Positions 1 through 10,401 of a stretch of DNA of 64,000 nt are shown piece by piece. The stretch covers positions 928,001 to 992,000 of the forward strand of contig CBDHHL010000056.1 in NCBI GenBank assembly GCA_965263355.1, read 5' to 3'. Each line of letters opens with the position of its first letter. The first letter of the stretch is position 1. Made by a program: the position numbers and the translations under genes. This stretch comes from Leptolyngbyaceae cyanobacterium. GTDB lineage: Bacteria > Cyanobacteriota > Cyanobacteriia > Phormidesmidales > Phormidesmidaceae. The notes below the pieces were generated by a model. It searched no databases, was not told the origin of the DNA, and was given only the letters and a program-made list of their open reading frames with translations.

Positions 1-405
1 TATTTTCAAGAAACTCTCGAAGTATTCCCCTTAAAAGCGAGTGAAGCACTGATCAGCTTCTGTAAGTCACGGCTCAATACCCTAATTGAGGAATTAGAAG
101 GGCGCGCAGTCTCCTATAAGCTTAGATTTGTCAATAATCCCCACGATGCTTGGACAATTGACCTTGCCAATCGAGAGCAGCCTATCCAACAGATAGATAG
201 GGACGCTGATTGCACGCTGACCTTTACGCCCGAAGATGCCCTCAATATTGTCAATGGGAATGCTAACCCCATCGAACTCTGGATGCAGAGTAAGCTCAAA
301 GTCTCTGGAGATAGGCATCTAGGAGAAATCTTCTGCTGGTTTTTAGTTGATCGATTACAATGGCGCAAAAAATCGGCAACATGGTGGTTGGGCGTACCCC
401 ATTAA
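1..405 (+). CDS. 3' part of a protein ending in an SCP2 (sterol carrier protein 2)-like lipid-binding domain; start lies outside the window
   Basis: Frame 1 is open from base 1 to TAA at 403-405. Translation ...DADCTLTFTPEDALNIVNGNANPIELWMQSKLKVSGD... fits the SCP2 pattern. Not in the ORF track. Confidence 0.65.
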   Translation, partial: YFQETLEVFPLKASEALISFCKSRLNTLIEELEGRAVSYKLRFVNNPHDAWTIDLANREQPIQQIDRDADCTLTFTPEDALNIVNGNANPIELWMQSKLKVSGDRHLGEIFCWFLVDRLQWRKKSATWWLGVPH

Positions 406-1175
406 GGAAAGCTGATAATTTGTTCAGCTAATGTGCTCAAATCACTCAACAGACTCGCTTGTTGGGATTGCAGAAAAAAGTGGTCTCCGGAAAATAGTTT
501 TTGGGTAAATGGCCCCCTTGTCTGTTGTTGCCAAGCCGCTAACCCCTCTGGTTTAGTATGGGTGTCAGCGGTGCCTCCATAAACCCTGATGGGGCAGCTG
601 AGCGGTGGCATTGAGCGGTGCTCATAGGTCTCCAATATCGTAAAGTCTGCCCGTAATATGGGCAAAAATAAATCAAGCAGCTCTGAATTAGCTAAAACTG
701 CTTCAGGGGTACCATCATAACGACGAATGGCAGCAATCAGTTCTGGGTCTGGCAGGGCATGGATCGGTGGCACAGATACTGGGAAGTGTGGTGCATTTCG
801 ACCAGAAACAACCAAATGTGCTGGCTCAACCTGGCCTTGCTGCTGTAGCGATCGCACTACCTCATAGGCTAACAATGCCCCGAGACTGTGACCAAACAAA
901 ATATATGGCCGATCCAAATAGGGCGCAATGGCGTTACTAACAGCTGATACCACATTGGTTAGCTGGGTCATTAGTGGTTCCGAAAAGCGATGTCCTCGCC
1001 CTGGTAACTCAACGGCCCATACCTCTACTTTTTGAGATATCCCCTCTGGCCAGTGACGAAAAAGAGTTGCTGACCCACCCGCATAGGGAAAACAAAATAA
1101 TCGCAGGGGGGACTGTTGAGAGGTAGACCATACCTTTAACCAAGGAGTAGAGGTATTTACCATATGTTGGTTCAC
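402..1175 (-). CDS. Type II thioesterase (NRPS/PKS editing thioesterase)
   Basis: RLFCFPYAGGSA, GHSLG nucleophile motif, LRADF and GDHFF motifs. Confidence 0.9.
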   Translation of the reverse strand: MNQHMVNTSTPWLKVWSTSQQSPLRLFCFPYAGGSATLFRHWPEGISQKVEVWAVELPGRGHRFSEPLMTQLTNVVSAVSNAIAPYLDRPYILFGHSLGALLAYEVVRSLQQQGQVEPAHLVVSGRNAPHFPVSVPPIHALPDPELIAAIRRYDGTPEAVLANSELLDLFLPILRADFTILETYEHRSMPPLSCPIRVYGGTADTHTKPEGLAAWQQQTRGPFTQKLFSGDHFFLQSQQASLLSDLSTLAEQIISFP

Positions 1176-1425
1176 GACGCTTACTCAACAATCATATCTT
1201 AATAATCAAAAATAACGGAACGTCATTCAGTCCCGAGTTCGAGACCTATCTCTCTCCGCTAAAAATTGCCCTTCGACTAACTCAAACCGAATCTCGGGGC
1301 AACGACAAAACTGTAAATCAATCTCTTGAGATGCACAGTAGTTCTGTAATTTCTTTATAAATAGGTAAACATCATCAAAAATCCATTTCATTGTGACGTT
1401 AAAGTAGGACACCACCCACCTTTAG

Positions 1426-1459
1426 AGAGGCTTAGGGTAAGCGCTTACCCTGAGCCTCT
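1426..1459 (-). terminator. Long hairpin just downstream of the 1466-3583 gene
   Basis: AGAGGCTTAGGGTAAGC/GCTTACCCTGAGCCTCT, a 17-bp inverted repeat with one mismatch. Confidence 0.55.
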
Positions 1460-1465
1460 GGAGCT

Positions 1466-3583
1466 TTAGTTTTGTACAGCCCCCTGCGCTTTCAGCAATT
1501 CATAGAACACTCGTGCGAGATCCCGACGTTGAACAATGCGTTGATCCCTGGGGGTGCGTTTAAAGGCATCGTCATAACTCTCAGGCATTGCCTTTTGGAC
1601 TAAAAACCCTAATTGCTGACGTGTCATGGCTTGGTTAGGAGCAAACCGTCCTCGGCCCATGCCTGCCACTATACCTTGAGCTTTAAGGGTCTCAATATTA
1701 CTGTAGGCCCAATGTTGTTCTGGCTGTACATCCTTAAAAGAAGGCTGGACCGGGGTGATTTTTTCTAACCCTAAAAGATTCACTAACGCCGTACAAACAA
1801 CCGCACGACTCACGCTAGCATAGGGACGAAAATGTAGATTCTTGACATTTTCACTGGTGATAATCCCCGCAGCAGCCATCACTTGAATAGCTTCAAAATC
1901 AGGGTCACCATGAGAAACATCATCAAACCACACAATGGGAATAGCATTACGGGTTAGAAATCCTTGTAGTTTTCGCAATAGTGTCGGCTCACTAACAATC
2001 TCGCGGGGTTGTTTCCCAGTCCACACACTAAACACCGCTAAAAAGCCACTGGCTTCACCAATAGCCCATTCCACCGGGTGCATACGATAGGCAGCGTTGG
2101 TAATGTGGGTGGTGCCAATACTTTTGGCAGATAGAACCAAGCCATCGGTATCGATTGGTACCAGTGAACCTGCCGGTAGGGTAAACGGCAATGCAATCAC
2201 ATCTTTACCCCTGGGACTTACATGCCCGTCCACCAGATTACCATGTAGGTCTAAATAGTGATATTGGCCGATTCCCACTGTATCGTCAAAGGTGCGGGCT
2301 CTGGCTTGATTTTGGAAAAAGCTGGCCGCGACATCCTCGTGACGAATTGTAGTCAAGGCAATGCCTCGACGGGCTTCACGAATATACGGCTCTAGGGCAA
2401 TACCATCCTTGGTCCAGGTGAGATCACCGCGAGGCTTCAGATCAGGCACACCATTGGTCTGCAAAAAGTGAATATAGGCCTGGGCGCGGATGCGGGCCTG
2501 CTTAATCTGTTGTTCACGCTCAGAACGACTCAGACCGATTAGATACCCAGTGCGATAGTCGTTACCACAACATTGTCCCCGTTCGGGATGGCCTGATGTC
2601 CCCCAGTTAATCACCGCTACATCGCCGGGGGAAACTGTATTCTTATTGAGAGAACGACGCAGCAACCGTCGATAGCGAAAAATGCCAAAGGCATTAAAGA
2701 AGTCACGCTTTTTCCAAACGTTGTTCTTACTAACCCAAAAATCACCGGTAAACTCATGCAGGTTAAGCCAAGGAACACGGCCATATTCTGTTGGAGCACC
2801 GATGGAAATGCCCTTGCCTGGATAGGTGCGCTCCACCAAAACATCAAAGGTAAACGATTGTTGACACTGGGGCCGAGCATCCTCAGGGAGAATAGCTTCT
2901 CCCGTATCATTACGAGATTCTTGTCCTACCCGCGAAGGGAGATCGGCCACCTCTAACAGATCACCAAAGTCGGTGGCCTCCACGACTACCTTGGCATGAA
3001 CTGTAAAGGTATAGTTTGTTTTAGTATCTTGGCAAACTACACCCGTCACTTGACGCCGCTCGCCCTCTGTTTTCATTAACAGAGACATGGGCTCAGCATA
3101 GGGAATCAGGGTCAGTTTGTCGGCTCTTAAATAGGGCAACAAAGGTTCCTGCAAAGCGGTAGCAGCGACCACAGGTGTGGTAGAGAGATGACCAACCCAC
3201 GACCCACCAGGATCGTTTACTACTCGTCCAGCTACAGGTTGTAGTTGCCGCTGCCGTTGCCGGAACAGACGTTGACTACGGGAAATGGCAAATTCTTCAC
3301 CGGCCACGGTGGTTAGATCAGCTTTGTGACGAAATAAATCTCCGTCATCAGACGCGGGCAGTGCCTGGGCAGTAAACTGACCGCCCACCATCCGTTGAGG
3401 CTGTACTAAACAGACATCTAGTTTAAGCTGCAGGGCCGTCAGCGCTGTGGTGTAGGCAGCGGTGGAACCACCAATGATGGCAATGGAGCAGGTGTAGCTT
3501 GCGCCATCTTGGGGGCGGGTGAGGGCATCGTCACTAAGCAGACCGTTTTGCTGATGAACCATGGGTGTCAATTTTAAGCTCAT
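1466..3583 (-). CDS. FAD-dependent oxidoreductase with C-terminal S-layer homology (SLH) domains
   Basis: IAIIGGSTAA dinucleotide-binding start, ATDFGDL, PYIREARR, SAKSIGTTHI; C-terminal FKDVQPEQHWAY...GIVAG...FAPNQAMTR SLH pattern. Confidence 0.8.
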   Translation of the reverse strand: MSLKLTPMVHQQNGLLSDDALTRPQDGASYTCSIAIIGGSTAAYTTALTALQLKLDVCLVQPQRMVGGQFTAQALPASDDGDLFRHKADLTTVAGEEFAISRSQRLFRQRQRQLQPVAGRVVNDPGGSWVGHLSTTPVVAATALQEPLLPYLRADKLTLIPYAEPMSLLMKTEGERRQVTGVVCQDTKTNYTFTVHAKVVVEATDFGDLLEVADLPSRVGQESRNDTGEAILPEDARPQCQQSFTFDVLVERTYPGKGISIGAPTEYGRVPWLNLHEFTGDFWVSKNNVWKKRDFFNAFGIFRYRRLLRRSLNKNTVSPGDVAVINWGTSGHPERGQCCGNDYRTGYLIGLSRSEREQQIKQARIRAQAYIHFLQTNGVPDLKPRGDLTWTKDGIALEPYIREARRGIALTTIRHEDVAASFFQNQARARTFDDTVGIGQYHYLDLHGNLVDGHVSPRGKDVIALPFTLPAGSLVPIDTDGLVLSAKSIGTTHITNAAYRMHPVEWAIGEASGFLAVFSVWTGKQPREIVSEPTLLRKLQGFLTRNAIPIVWFDDVSHGDPDFEAIQVMAAAGIITSENVKNLHFRPYASVSRAVVCTALVNLLGLEKITPVQPSFKDVQPEQHWAYSNIETLKAQGIVAGMGRGRFAPNQAMTRQQLGFLVQKAMPESYDDAFKRTPRDQRIVQRRDLARVFYELLKAQGAVQN

Positions 3584-3853
3584 CCCATCATGGCCCGAAT
3601 TTGGGGAAATGCGCTTAATTTATCCGTAGTTTTTCATAAATCACCCGGTGACTGAGCGAAGTCGTGCACAAAGCGTCTCCAAGGGAGATAGGCACCAAGC
3701 AATTGATTGTGTAGCATAGCCCACATACGGTATTCTCAAATTATTAAACCTTATTCACGTTCAAAACTTTAGTTTTGCAGTAGAAGGAAACTCCAGGTTT
3801 TAACTTGGGCGTTTTTAACTTGGACGTTGTTTAAGATCATCACTATAAAAACC

Positions 3854-3961
3854 ATGGCTAAAAAACCTTACGTCCTTGATATCGATCCGGCTACCTTGTT
3901 ATTTGCTGGATTTCTATTGATCTTGCTACCTCTGGTATTTACTGGTTTTCTTTCCCAGTAA
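3854..3961 (+). CDS. Putative 35-aa single-TM small protein (MAKKPYVLDIDPATLLFAGFLLILLPLVFTGFLSQ)
   Basis: ATG 3854 to TAA 3961; basic N-terminus followed by a hydrophobic helix; below the ORF-track cutoff. Confidence 0.5.
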   Translation: MAKKPYVLDIDPATLLFAGFLLILLPLVFTGFLSQ

Positions 3962-4661
3962 GCGCTTGATCGAGGGCATGGTCAAAGGCCGCTCGTAGCT
4001 TGTGGATGACATAGAGATCTTCTCGCTCTAGTCGGGCGATGCCATGTATGACGTAGCCTTGGTAACGATCTGGCAGTCCTATACGCTCCATTAGCTGCTG
4101 CAGAAGACGTTTTAGGCTGGCATATTCTGCTTGAGGCATGGGTTTGCTGTTTAGCCGTTGGTCTTTGATTTGGACCTGGGTTTGCTCGGCAGCCAGGACA
4201 AAGCTATAGATCATGACTGCCTGGGCCAGGTTTAAGGACGGCTGTAGCTGAAATTGTGGAATGGTGGTTAATACATCGCAGGCTTCGATGTCGGCAGATT
4301 TAAGCCCCGAGCGCTCTCCGCCAAAGACAATGGCAATACGATGCAACCATGGATCTTTAGCCTGCAGGTAAGTTGGCAGGTCGCGGACAGAGGTGTAATG
4401 GTGCTTTTCGTAGCGATGGCGGGCGGTGGTGGCACAGGCCAGGTCGCAATCTGCGATCGCATCCCTCAGTTCATCATAAACCTGAGCCTGCTGCAGCACA
4501 TGTTGAGACCCATGGGCCAGAGCCAATGCTTTTTCTCCCAGATAATCAGCCTTGGGGCGTACTAGCCGCAGGCGATTGTACCCCATAGTATGCATAGCAC
4601 GGGCAGCGGCCCCAAGGTTCTCAGGCTCTTCGGAATCAACAAGAACAAAAATAATCTCCAT
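3939..4661 (-). CDS. SpoU/TrmH-family (TrmJ/LasT-like) RNA methyltransferase
   Basis: PENLGAAARAM, VFGGERSGL and SLNLAQAV SPOUT motifs. Confidence 0.85.
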   Translation of the reverse strand: MEIIFVLVDSEEPENLGAAARAMHTMGYNRLRLVRPKADYLGEKALALAHGSQHVLQQAQVYDELRDAIADCDLACATTARHRYEKHHYTSVRDLPTYLQAKDPWLHRIAIVFGGERSGLKSADIEACDVLTTIPQFQLQPSLNLAQAVMIYSFVLAAEQTQVQIKDQRLNSKPMPQAEYASLKRLLQQLMERIGLPDRYQGYVIHGIARLEREDLYVIHKLRAAFDHALDQALTGKENQ

Positions 4662-4684
4662 GGGGGTTTATTATATAGGCCGCC

Positions 4685-4712
4685 GTAGGGACATTGCATG
4701 CAATATCCCTGC
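4685..4712. repeat. GTAG-type REP-like palindrome
   Basis: GTAGGGACATTGCATGCAATATCCCTGC imperfect palindrome; related element at 48834-48861. Confidence 0.55.
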
Positions 4713-4743
4713 ACAATGTTCATTCCGCCAAACTGGATTAAAA

Positions 4744-6252
4744 CTACGATGGTGAAGCTGTACCTGATGCTGCTGTGTTTGTAGTTGATTCTTGACCAGC
4801 TTTGTTTACATCAACCAACTTCTTCAGCAAGTCGTACCAAAAGGAAGCACCCATGGAAACAGCAATCCCAGTTATAATCCAGCCTGGAATTCGTTCTATC
4901 CAAAATGGTAAAAACTTCAAAGGAACAACCCTAAGATTAGCTTGATGTTCAAGTACTGGAGCTTGCCAGCCCAACGGTAATGATAACTGTGAGCTTAAGT
5001 GATCAATTTGGTCTGTTTGTTCAAGGACATCTTGAGGCAGCTGATCCATCACCTCAATAACTGACGCCGCAATTGTCTTTTCCTTAGCAAAGCGGTCGAT
5101 CATATAAAACGAATCAGCATTAACAACCACAGCTACGACCATGGCAATTAGAATTGCCACTAGCCTGGAGTTGCGGATATAAACACCATGGGCACGTTCC
5201 ATGGACTGATCAAACCATGTAGAAATCTCTTGTTCAAACTGGTTAGCTTCTTGAGCTAGATCGTCTACCTTGTCCAAAGCGTTATCGGCTAGATGCTCTA
5301 GATTATCTCCTAGGGCTTGAGGAATAGGAGGCAAGGCATTGATCAACGTTTGAACGGACGGATTCATCACAATCAACGCAAGGGCTAGAAAGGCCTGGTC
5401 AGTCTCTGGAGATAATATGGCATCTAGGTCAGAATTTTCCTGACGCAAGCTGGCGAGACTACGTTTTGCTTGCTCAAATGTGGGCTTCTCTGCTAATTCT
5501 TGCGTAAGGTTACTTAAGGTATCCTGCTTGAGCTGCAGATATTGTCGCACCGCCCGAATAGTGTCTGCGATAGATAGCTGCATCTTGTGGGTAAAGCTTT
5601 CAATCGCTTCAGGCGAACTAAAATCTGCTTGAAACACTTCGGATGTAATGAGTGACTCATTTTTGGTCATCTCTACTGCAATATTCTGTATAGCCGTAGC
5701 CAAGGAAATTTGCTTAGATTTAAAGGTGGCTAAGATCGCGTCTATTTTGGCGGCGAGCTTGTCTTGGTAGGCCTCTGGATCAGAGACCATCTCTTGAAGG
5801 GTGATTTTGAGGCGAAAGGCTATCAATTGACGATAAATACTTACAAAGTCGAAGGTACTCAGTAAGCTGCCGGTAAAGGCTCTTGTGGGGAGTTGGGACG
5901 GACCGCTATTGTATTCCCCAAAAATACGTTTATTTGAATTCGTCTGGAGTAGTTTTGTTACCTTACGTATGGGTTGTCGGAACACATCAGCGACTTCTCC
6001 TTTCGTTTGGTGGGTCAGGGAGCGAATCAGGGGATTATTATATAGCTGATTTGCCAGTACTCTTGCCTCCTGAAGTTGAGTCGTATCGTTGCCCACCAAC
6101 ATACCCTCAATGGATTCTTTAAGGTGCACTGCCCGCCACTGCAACAAAGCTTTTAGGATATTTTGCACCTCTGAAGCGAGAAGACTCAGAGTAAAGTATG
6201 TAAAAACCAAACTGATTGCAATATCTACGATAATTGGTAAACCTATACCCAT
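4744..6252 (-). CDS. Hypothetical membrane protein
   Basis: 502-aa ORF with N-terminal TM and C-terminal GWIITGIAVSMGASFWYDLL segment; no function recognised. Confidence 0.7.
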   Translation of the reverse strand: MGIGLPIIVDIAISLVFTYFTLSLLASEVQNILKALLQWRAVHLKESIEGMLVGNDTTQLQEARVLANQLYNNPLIRSLTHQTKGEVADVFRQPIRKVTKLLQTNSNKRIFGEYNSGPSQLPTRAFTGSLLSTFDFVSIYRQLIAFRLKITLQEMVSDPEAYQDKLAAKIDAILATFKSKQISLATAIQNIAVEMTKNESLITSEVFQADFSSPEAIESFTHKMQLSIADTIRAVRQYLQLKQDTLSNLTQELAEKPTFEQAKRSLASLRQENSDLDAILSPETDQAFLALALIVMNPSVQTLINALPPIPQALGDNLEHLADNALDKVDDLAQEANQFEQEISTWFDQSMERAHGVYIRNSRLVAILIAMVVAVVVNADSFYMIDRFAKEKTIAASVIEVMDQLPQDVLEQTDQIDHLSSQLSLPLGWQAPVLEHQANLRVVPLKFLPFWIERIPGWIITGIAVSMGASFWYDLLKKLVDVNKAGQESTTNTAASGTASPS

Positions 6253-6388
6253 TGTTGGAACCTCACCTCATTATTGAAATCTCACCTTATCTGAAAATAT
6301 ATCTAAATTTGGATATATGATCTAAGCCTGGACATATGGTGTAAAACTTAATTCAATTTGACTAGTATTCGAAGGTTTAAAAAATATA

Positions 6389-6490
6389 AAATCCTGACTA
6401 CCTGCTCCCGATATCGCAGGGCAACCACAAGGGATTGCCCCTACGGACTGATGTATTTTTTATCGGGGTTAATGAACTCGGATTTGGTAT
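6389..6490. repeat. About 102-bp dispersed repeat (MITE/REP-associated), copy 1
   Basis: Colinear copy at 19180-19281; both end in ATCGGGGTTAATGAACTCGGATTTGGTAT and contain the GGGCA..CACAAGGGA.TGCCCCTAC hairpin. Confidence 0.8.
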
Positions 6491-6587
6491 AAGCATGTTA
6501 TTTCAGTGCTCGAAGGTTTGCCCTTGTAAGTCCAAGATAATACGTCCTTCAGTAAGGGTGCTTGTCCCTATTGTTCATTGCCTATCG

Positions 6588-8429
6588 CTACGTATAACTT
6601 TCAGCTTGTAGCTCGAACATTTCGGAGTATCGACCGCGTTGAGCCATTAGTTCGTCGTGGGTACCAACTTCGGTGATAGTGCCTTGTTCTAAGACAACAA
6701 TGCGATCCGCCATGCGGACAGTGGAAAACCGATGACTGACAAGAAAAGTCATTTTACCCTGGGTCAACTGACGAAAGCGTTGAAAGAGATCATGCTCTGC
6801 GATCGCATCTACCGCCGCTGTGGGTTCATCTAAAATCAAAATTTGGGCATCGGTCATAAAGGCTCGGGCTAGACCAATTTTTTGCCATTGCCCCCCAGAG
6901 AGATCGACACCACCGGAAAACATTTTTCCCAAAATCGTTTGATACCCCGCTTCCAATTGTTCAATCACCGCTGTAGCACCGGCCCCCTCTGCGGCCTGGG
7001 CGACTAATTTCATATCCTGTCGTTGGGGCAAATTACCAAATCCGATATTGTCCTGGACATTTAAGGCATAGCGAGCAAAGTCCTGGAACAGGATGCCGAT
7101 CTGGCTGCGCAAATCACTAAGAGAGAACTTTTGTAATGGAATGCCATCAATAACAATCTGACCATGATCAATATCGTAAAGCCGGGTCAACAACTTTAAC
7201 AATGTGGTCTTACCCGAGCCATTTAGCCCCACCAAAGCAATACACTCCCCCGGTGCTACTGTGAGATTAATTCTCTTCAAGGTCGGTTGGTCAGCCCCAG
7301 GATAGGTGAAATAAACGTCCTGAAATCGGAGCCCCTGTGCCATGGGTTTGGGAAAGGGATAAGGCTGGGGGGGACTGGTGACTTGGGGAGAGATATCTAA
7401 CAGTTCAAAATACTGGGATACGTAGAGATTATATTCATACAAAGTGGCCAGATTTAGCAAAATCGACTCAATCAACCCCTGGGCCTGCTGAAATGCGCCT
7501 GCATAAAGGGTAAGGTCGCCGAGGGTAACCAACCCTCTAATGGTTTGCCAGAGGACCAAACCATAGGCACCATAGAAACCTATCCCTCCTAACAGGTCAA
7601 TGCTCAGCTGAGCCAGAGACTGGCGCTGGGACAACTGGCGTGACTCTTGGTTAAATTCCTGGCGAATGGTGCGGTACTGCTCCACCATGTGTTCCCCCAG
7701 GTTAAACAGCCGTACTTCCTTAACATACTTAGGATCCGTCAGCACCTCATAAAAGTAATCCGCTAACCGCCGCGATGGTGTTTGACGACGGTTCAGCCAA
7801 AACCGACGATAAGAATAGCGAATGCCGACCCAGAGTGTTGGGAACACGCTCACCAGTAATAGCCCTATGACCGCAGGACTAAACCGCAGCAGCAGGGTCA
7901 ACAGCCCCAACAGCCGTGTCATTGAACCTAACAGCTGTGACAATCGCTCGACCACCCGCAGTGGATAGTCACTACCACTTTGCTGGGCGCGGTTAAGCAC
8001 ATCGTGAAACTCAGATGACTCATAATGGGCCAGGTCTAACCGCATCGCCTGTTGCAACAGCTGCACATTGGCATAGAGTAAAAACTGATCGCTTAATACT
8101 CGCCCTACAAAAATATCTAGCTGGCCCAATATTTCCCGCAACAGCAACAGGCCAAAACCAGCCAACACTAATAGCGTCAGCATAGGCGTAAAGCTAGCCG
8201 TTTCCCTGGCCAAAATTGCGACTACCTGGTCAACAATCAATTTACTGATATACAGTTGCGCCACTGGCACCAGCGAACTCGCCAGGGTCAGCACAATACT
8301 TAAGGTCAGCCATATCGGTGCAGCCGACCAGACCAATTGAATTAAGCGAGGCGTATTACCCAGTAAGGCAAGGATTTCTTGATAATAACGACGGAGTTTA
8401 GGCAGAGGGTTAGGCCAGGTAGAACGCAT
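6588..8429 (-). CDS. ABC exporter, fused permease and ATPase
   Basis: N-terminal TM domain; Walker A GLNGSGKT, LSGGQWQ, ILDEPT, SHRFSTVR. Confidence 0.9.
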   Translation of the reverse strand: MRSTWPNPLPKLRRYYQEILALLGNTPRLIQLVWSAAPIWLTLSIVLTLASSLVPVAQLYISKLIVDQVVAILARETASFTPMLTLLVLAGFGLLLLREILGQLDIFVGRVLSDQFLLYANVQLLQQAMRLDLAHYESSEFHDVLNRAQQSGSDYPLRVVERLSQLLGSMTRLLGLLTLLLRFSPAVIGLLLVSVFPTLWVGIRYSYRRFWLNRRQTPSRRLADYFYEVLTDPKYVKEVRLFNLGEHMVEQYRTIRQEFNQESRQLSQRQSLAQLSIDLLGGIGFYGAYGLVLWQTIRGLVTLGDLTLYAGAFQQAQGLIESILLNLATLYEYNLYVSQYFELLDISPQVTSPPQPYPFPKPMAQGLRFQDVYFTYPGADQPTLKRINLTVAPGECIALVGLNGSGKTTLLKLLTRLYDIDHGQIVIDGIPLQKFSLSDLRSQIGILFQDFARYALNVQDNIGFGNLPQRQDMKLVAQAAEGAGATAVIEQLEAGYQTILGKMFSGGVDLSGGQWQKIGLARAFMTDAQILILDEPTAAVDAIAEHDLFQRFRQLTQGKMTFLVSHRFSTVRMADRIVVLEQGTITEVGTHDELMAQRGRYSEMFELQAESYT

Positions 8430-8440
8430 ATACTATATTG

Positions 8441-9139
8441 CTACGCTTGCACCAACCCCAGCTTAATGGCTTTAACAATAGCTTGAGTGCGACTGCGGAC
8501 CTTAAGCTTTTCAAAAATTGCCGTTAGATGAGCTTTTACCGTCGCCACAGTAATATACAGCTGTTTAGCAATCATCTCGTTAGAAGCCCCTTGTACCAGC
8601 CAGTGCAGTACATCTTGCTCGCGCTCAGTGAGATGGATCTCTGTCGATGGCTTGAAACTAAGCCCTGGATTGGCATGAAACAGTCGGAAAAATCCACTAG
8701 CCAGTTCTGAATCTAAATAGATTCCATCTTGTAGCACAGTCCGCAGAGCGTCATAGAGTTGACTACCTAGCTTGTCTTTCGCTACATATCCCTTGGCTCC
8801 AGCCTGCATAGCATGGTAAATCCACTGATCCTCTCGATGGGCAGATAAACTCAGTACTCGGGTATCTGCCCCCAGGGAGCGCAGCCGTTGTAGAACCTCT
8901 ACCCCCGTTCCTTCGGCCAGTTGCATATCCAGCAAAGTAATGGCGGGGCTATGGATCTCAACCATTTCAATCGCCTGCTCTACTGATGCAGCTTCTGCGA
9001 CCACCTTAAACGTAGTTGGCCCAGCAGTATAGAAACTCAGTAAGGTGCGTAACCCCTGCCTGAATTCAGCATTATCATCAACTAATAGAACAGAAATTGC
9101 ATCAGTCATAACGGATGCACTTGAAAAAGTGACAGACAC
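8441..9139 (-). CDS. NarL/LuxR-family response regulator
   Basis: REC domain (VLLVDD, LLDM, GYVAK) and LuxR HTH (LTEREQDVL...TVKAHL). Confidence 0.92.
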   Translation of the reverse strand: MSVTFSSASVMTDAISVLLVDDNAEFRQGLRTLLSFYTAGPTTFKVVAEAASVEQAIEMVEIHSPAITLLDMQLAEGTGVEVLQRLRSLGADTRVLSLSAHREDQWIYHAMQAGAKGYVAKDKLGSQLYDALRTVLQDGIYLDSELASGFFRLFHANPGLSFKPSTEIHLTEREQDVLHWLVQGASNEMIAKQLYITVATVKAHLTAIFEKLKVRSRTQAIVKAIKLGLVQA

Positions 9140-9270
9140 ATTTAATTACGGTTGTACCAAAGTCGTTATGCACATTAGCCATGTCAAAACTGAAAACCAA
9201 TTAAGTTTTCGACAAAAATAATGGAGCTGAACCGGGGCAAGGCTTAAAACAACAGTCTCTAACAGACCAT

Positions 9271-10401
9271 TTAGCGGGCTGGACCATAGGGTATTAACTC
9301 TGTACCCTGGCGCGGTAGAAAAATTGAAAACTGGGCTCCGCCTTGGGGAAGGGTTTTGGCACTTATGCTACCCTGATGATCCAAAATAATTTTTTTTGCG
9401 ATCGCAAGTCCTAGTCCAGTACCTCCTGTGCGTTTTGAATAAAACGGAGTAAATATATCAGTCTGCTCTACCCCCTCTAGACCCGGCCCCTGATCACTGA
9501 CAGTAATCAAAACCGACTGTTGAGATATTTGCCAACCGATCGTAATCGTCCCACCAACGGGACTAAAGTGAATGGCATTATCTAGCAAGTTTTGCAGCAC
9601 CTGCTCAAACTGCCATCCGTCCACAACAAGATGGATCGGCTGAGCTGGCTGGAGCACCCTAAGCTGTTTTTTATCCAGCTGTGGCTTTAAAACAGCAATG
9701 ACATTTTGCAATAACGTCAACAGGTTATGCTCCTCTTTTTTTAGACAGGCCTGTTTACCGCAGTTAAATAAATCACCTAAGTTTTTCAACATTGTTTCAG
9801 CTGTGCGACGAATGCAATCAGCCTGCTGTTTCTGCGTTTCGTTCTCTGCCCCGAGGGTAATCGTTTCTGCATACAGCCGAATCATGGCTAGGGGGTTACG
9901 AAACTGATGATCTGCCTGTTGCAATGTCTCCTCAAGCAACTGAATCTTGGCTTGCTGGCGTAAGTTCTCCTGGTACAACGTGAGATACTGCTGCAGTAGT
10001 TGAGCATATTCTGCGATTACATCCTTTTGCATATGAGAAATATGCTCTTTTGTCCACAGCAATAGATAGTCACATTGAGTTTCTGTCCGACGTAAGCCAC
10101 ATACATAGGCCCAAGACTCATTTGAATCGATAGATAGGGGCGTAGGCTCTAAGAATGGTAAATTCTGAGAGATCCAACGTTCTGATTCAATGTAAAATGC
10201 TAATTGCTCATTTATAGACGTATTGCGTCGGTAAGTCAGCATATCGCGTTTATTCTCAAGCTGATCCCAATATATTAGCCAAACGTCTAAGGCCGATAGC
10301 TTTTCGCTGAGGCGATCAATATGCGCCTGGCACAGCTGGCGAAGGTCAGCGGTGGCCAACTGCGTATGACGACTGGCTGTTGAATCAGGTGACATATACA
10401 T
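9271..10401 (-). CDS. Sensor histidine kinase (cytoplasmic)
   Basis: H box HQFRNPL, NLLDNA, DQGPG, GGTGLGL. Confidence 0.9.
   Translation of the reverse strand: MYMSPDSTASRHTQLATADLRQLCQAHIDRLSEKLSALDVWLIYWDQLENKRDMLTYRRNTSINEQLAFYIESERWISQNLPFLEPTPLSIDSNESWAYVCGLRRTETQCDYLLLWTKEHISHMQKDVIAEYAQLLQQYLTLYQENLRQQAKIQLLEETLQQADHQFRNPLAMIRLYAETITLGAENETQKQQADCIRRTAETMLKNLGDLFNCGKQACLKKEEHNLLTLLQNVIAVLKPQLDKKQLRVLQPAQPIHLVVDGWQFEQVLQNLLDNAIHFSPVGGTITIGWQISQQSVLITVSDQGPGLEGVEQTDIFTPFYSKRTGGTGLGLAIAKKIILDHQGSISAKTLPQGGAQFSIFLPRQGTELIPYGPAR

Noticed and set aside
94..368. Minus-strand 74-aa and 84-aa ORFs
   Set aside because: Antisense to the plus-strand SCP2-like reading frame
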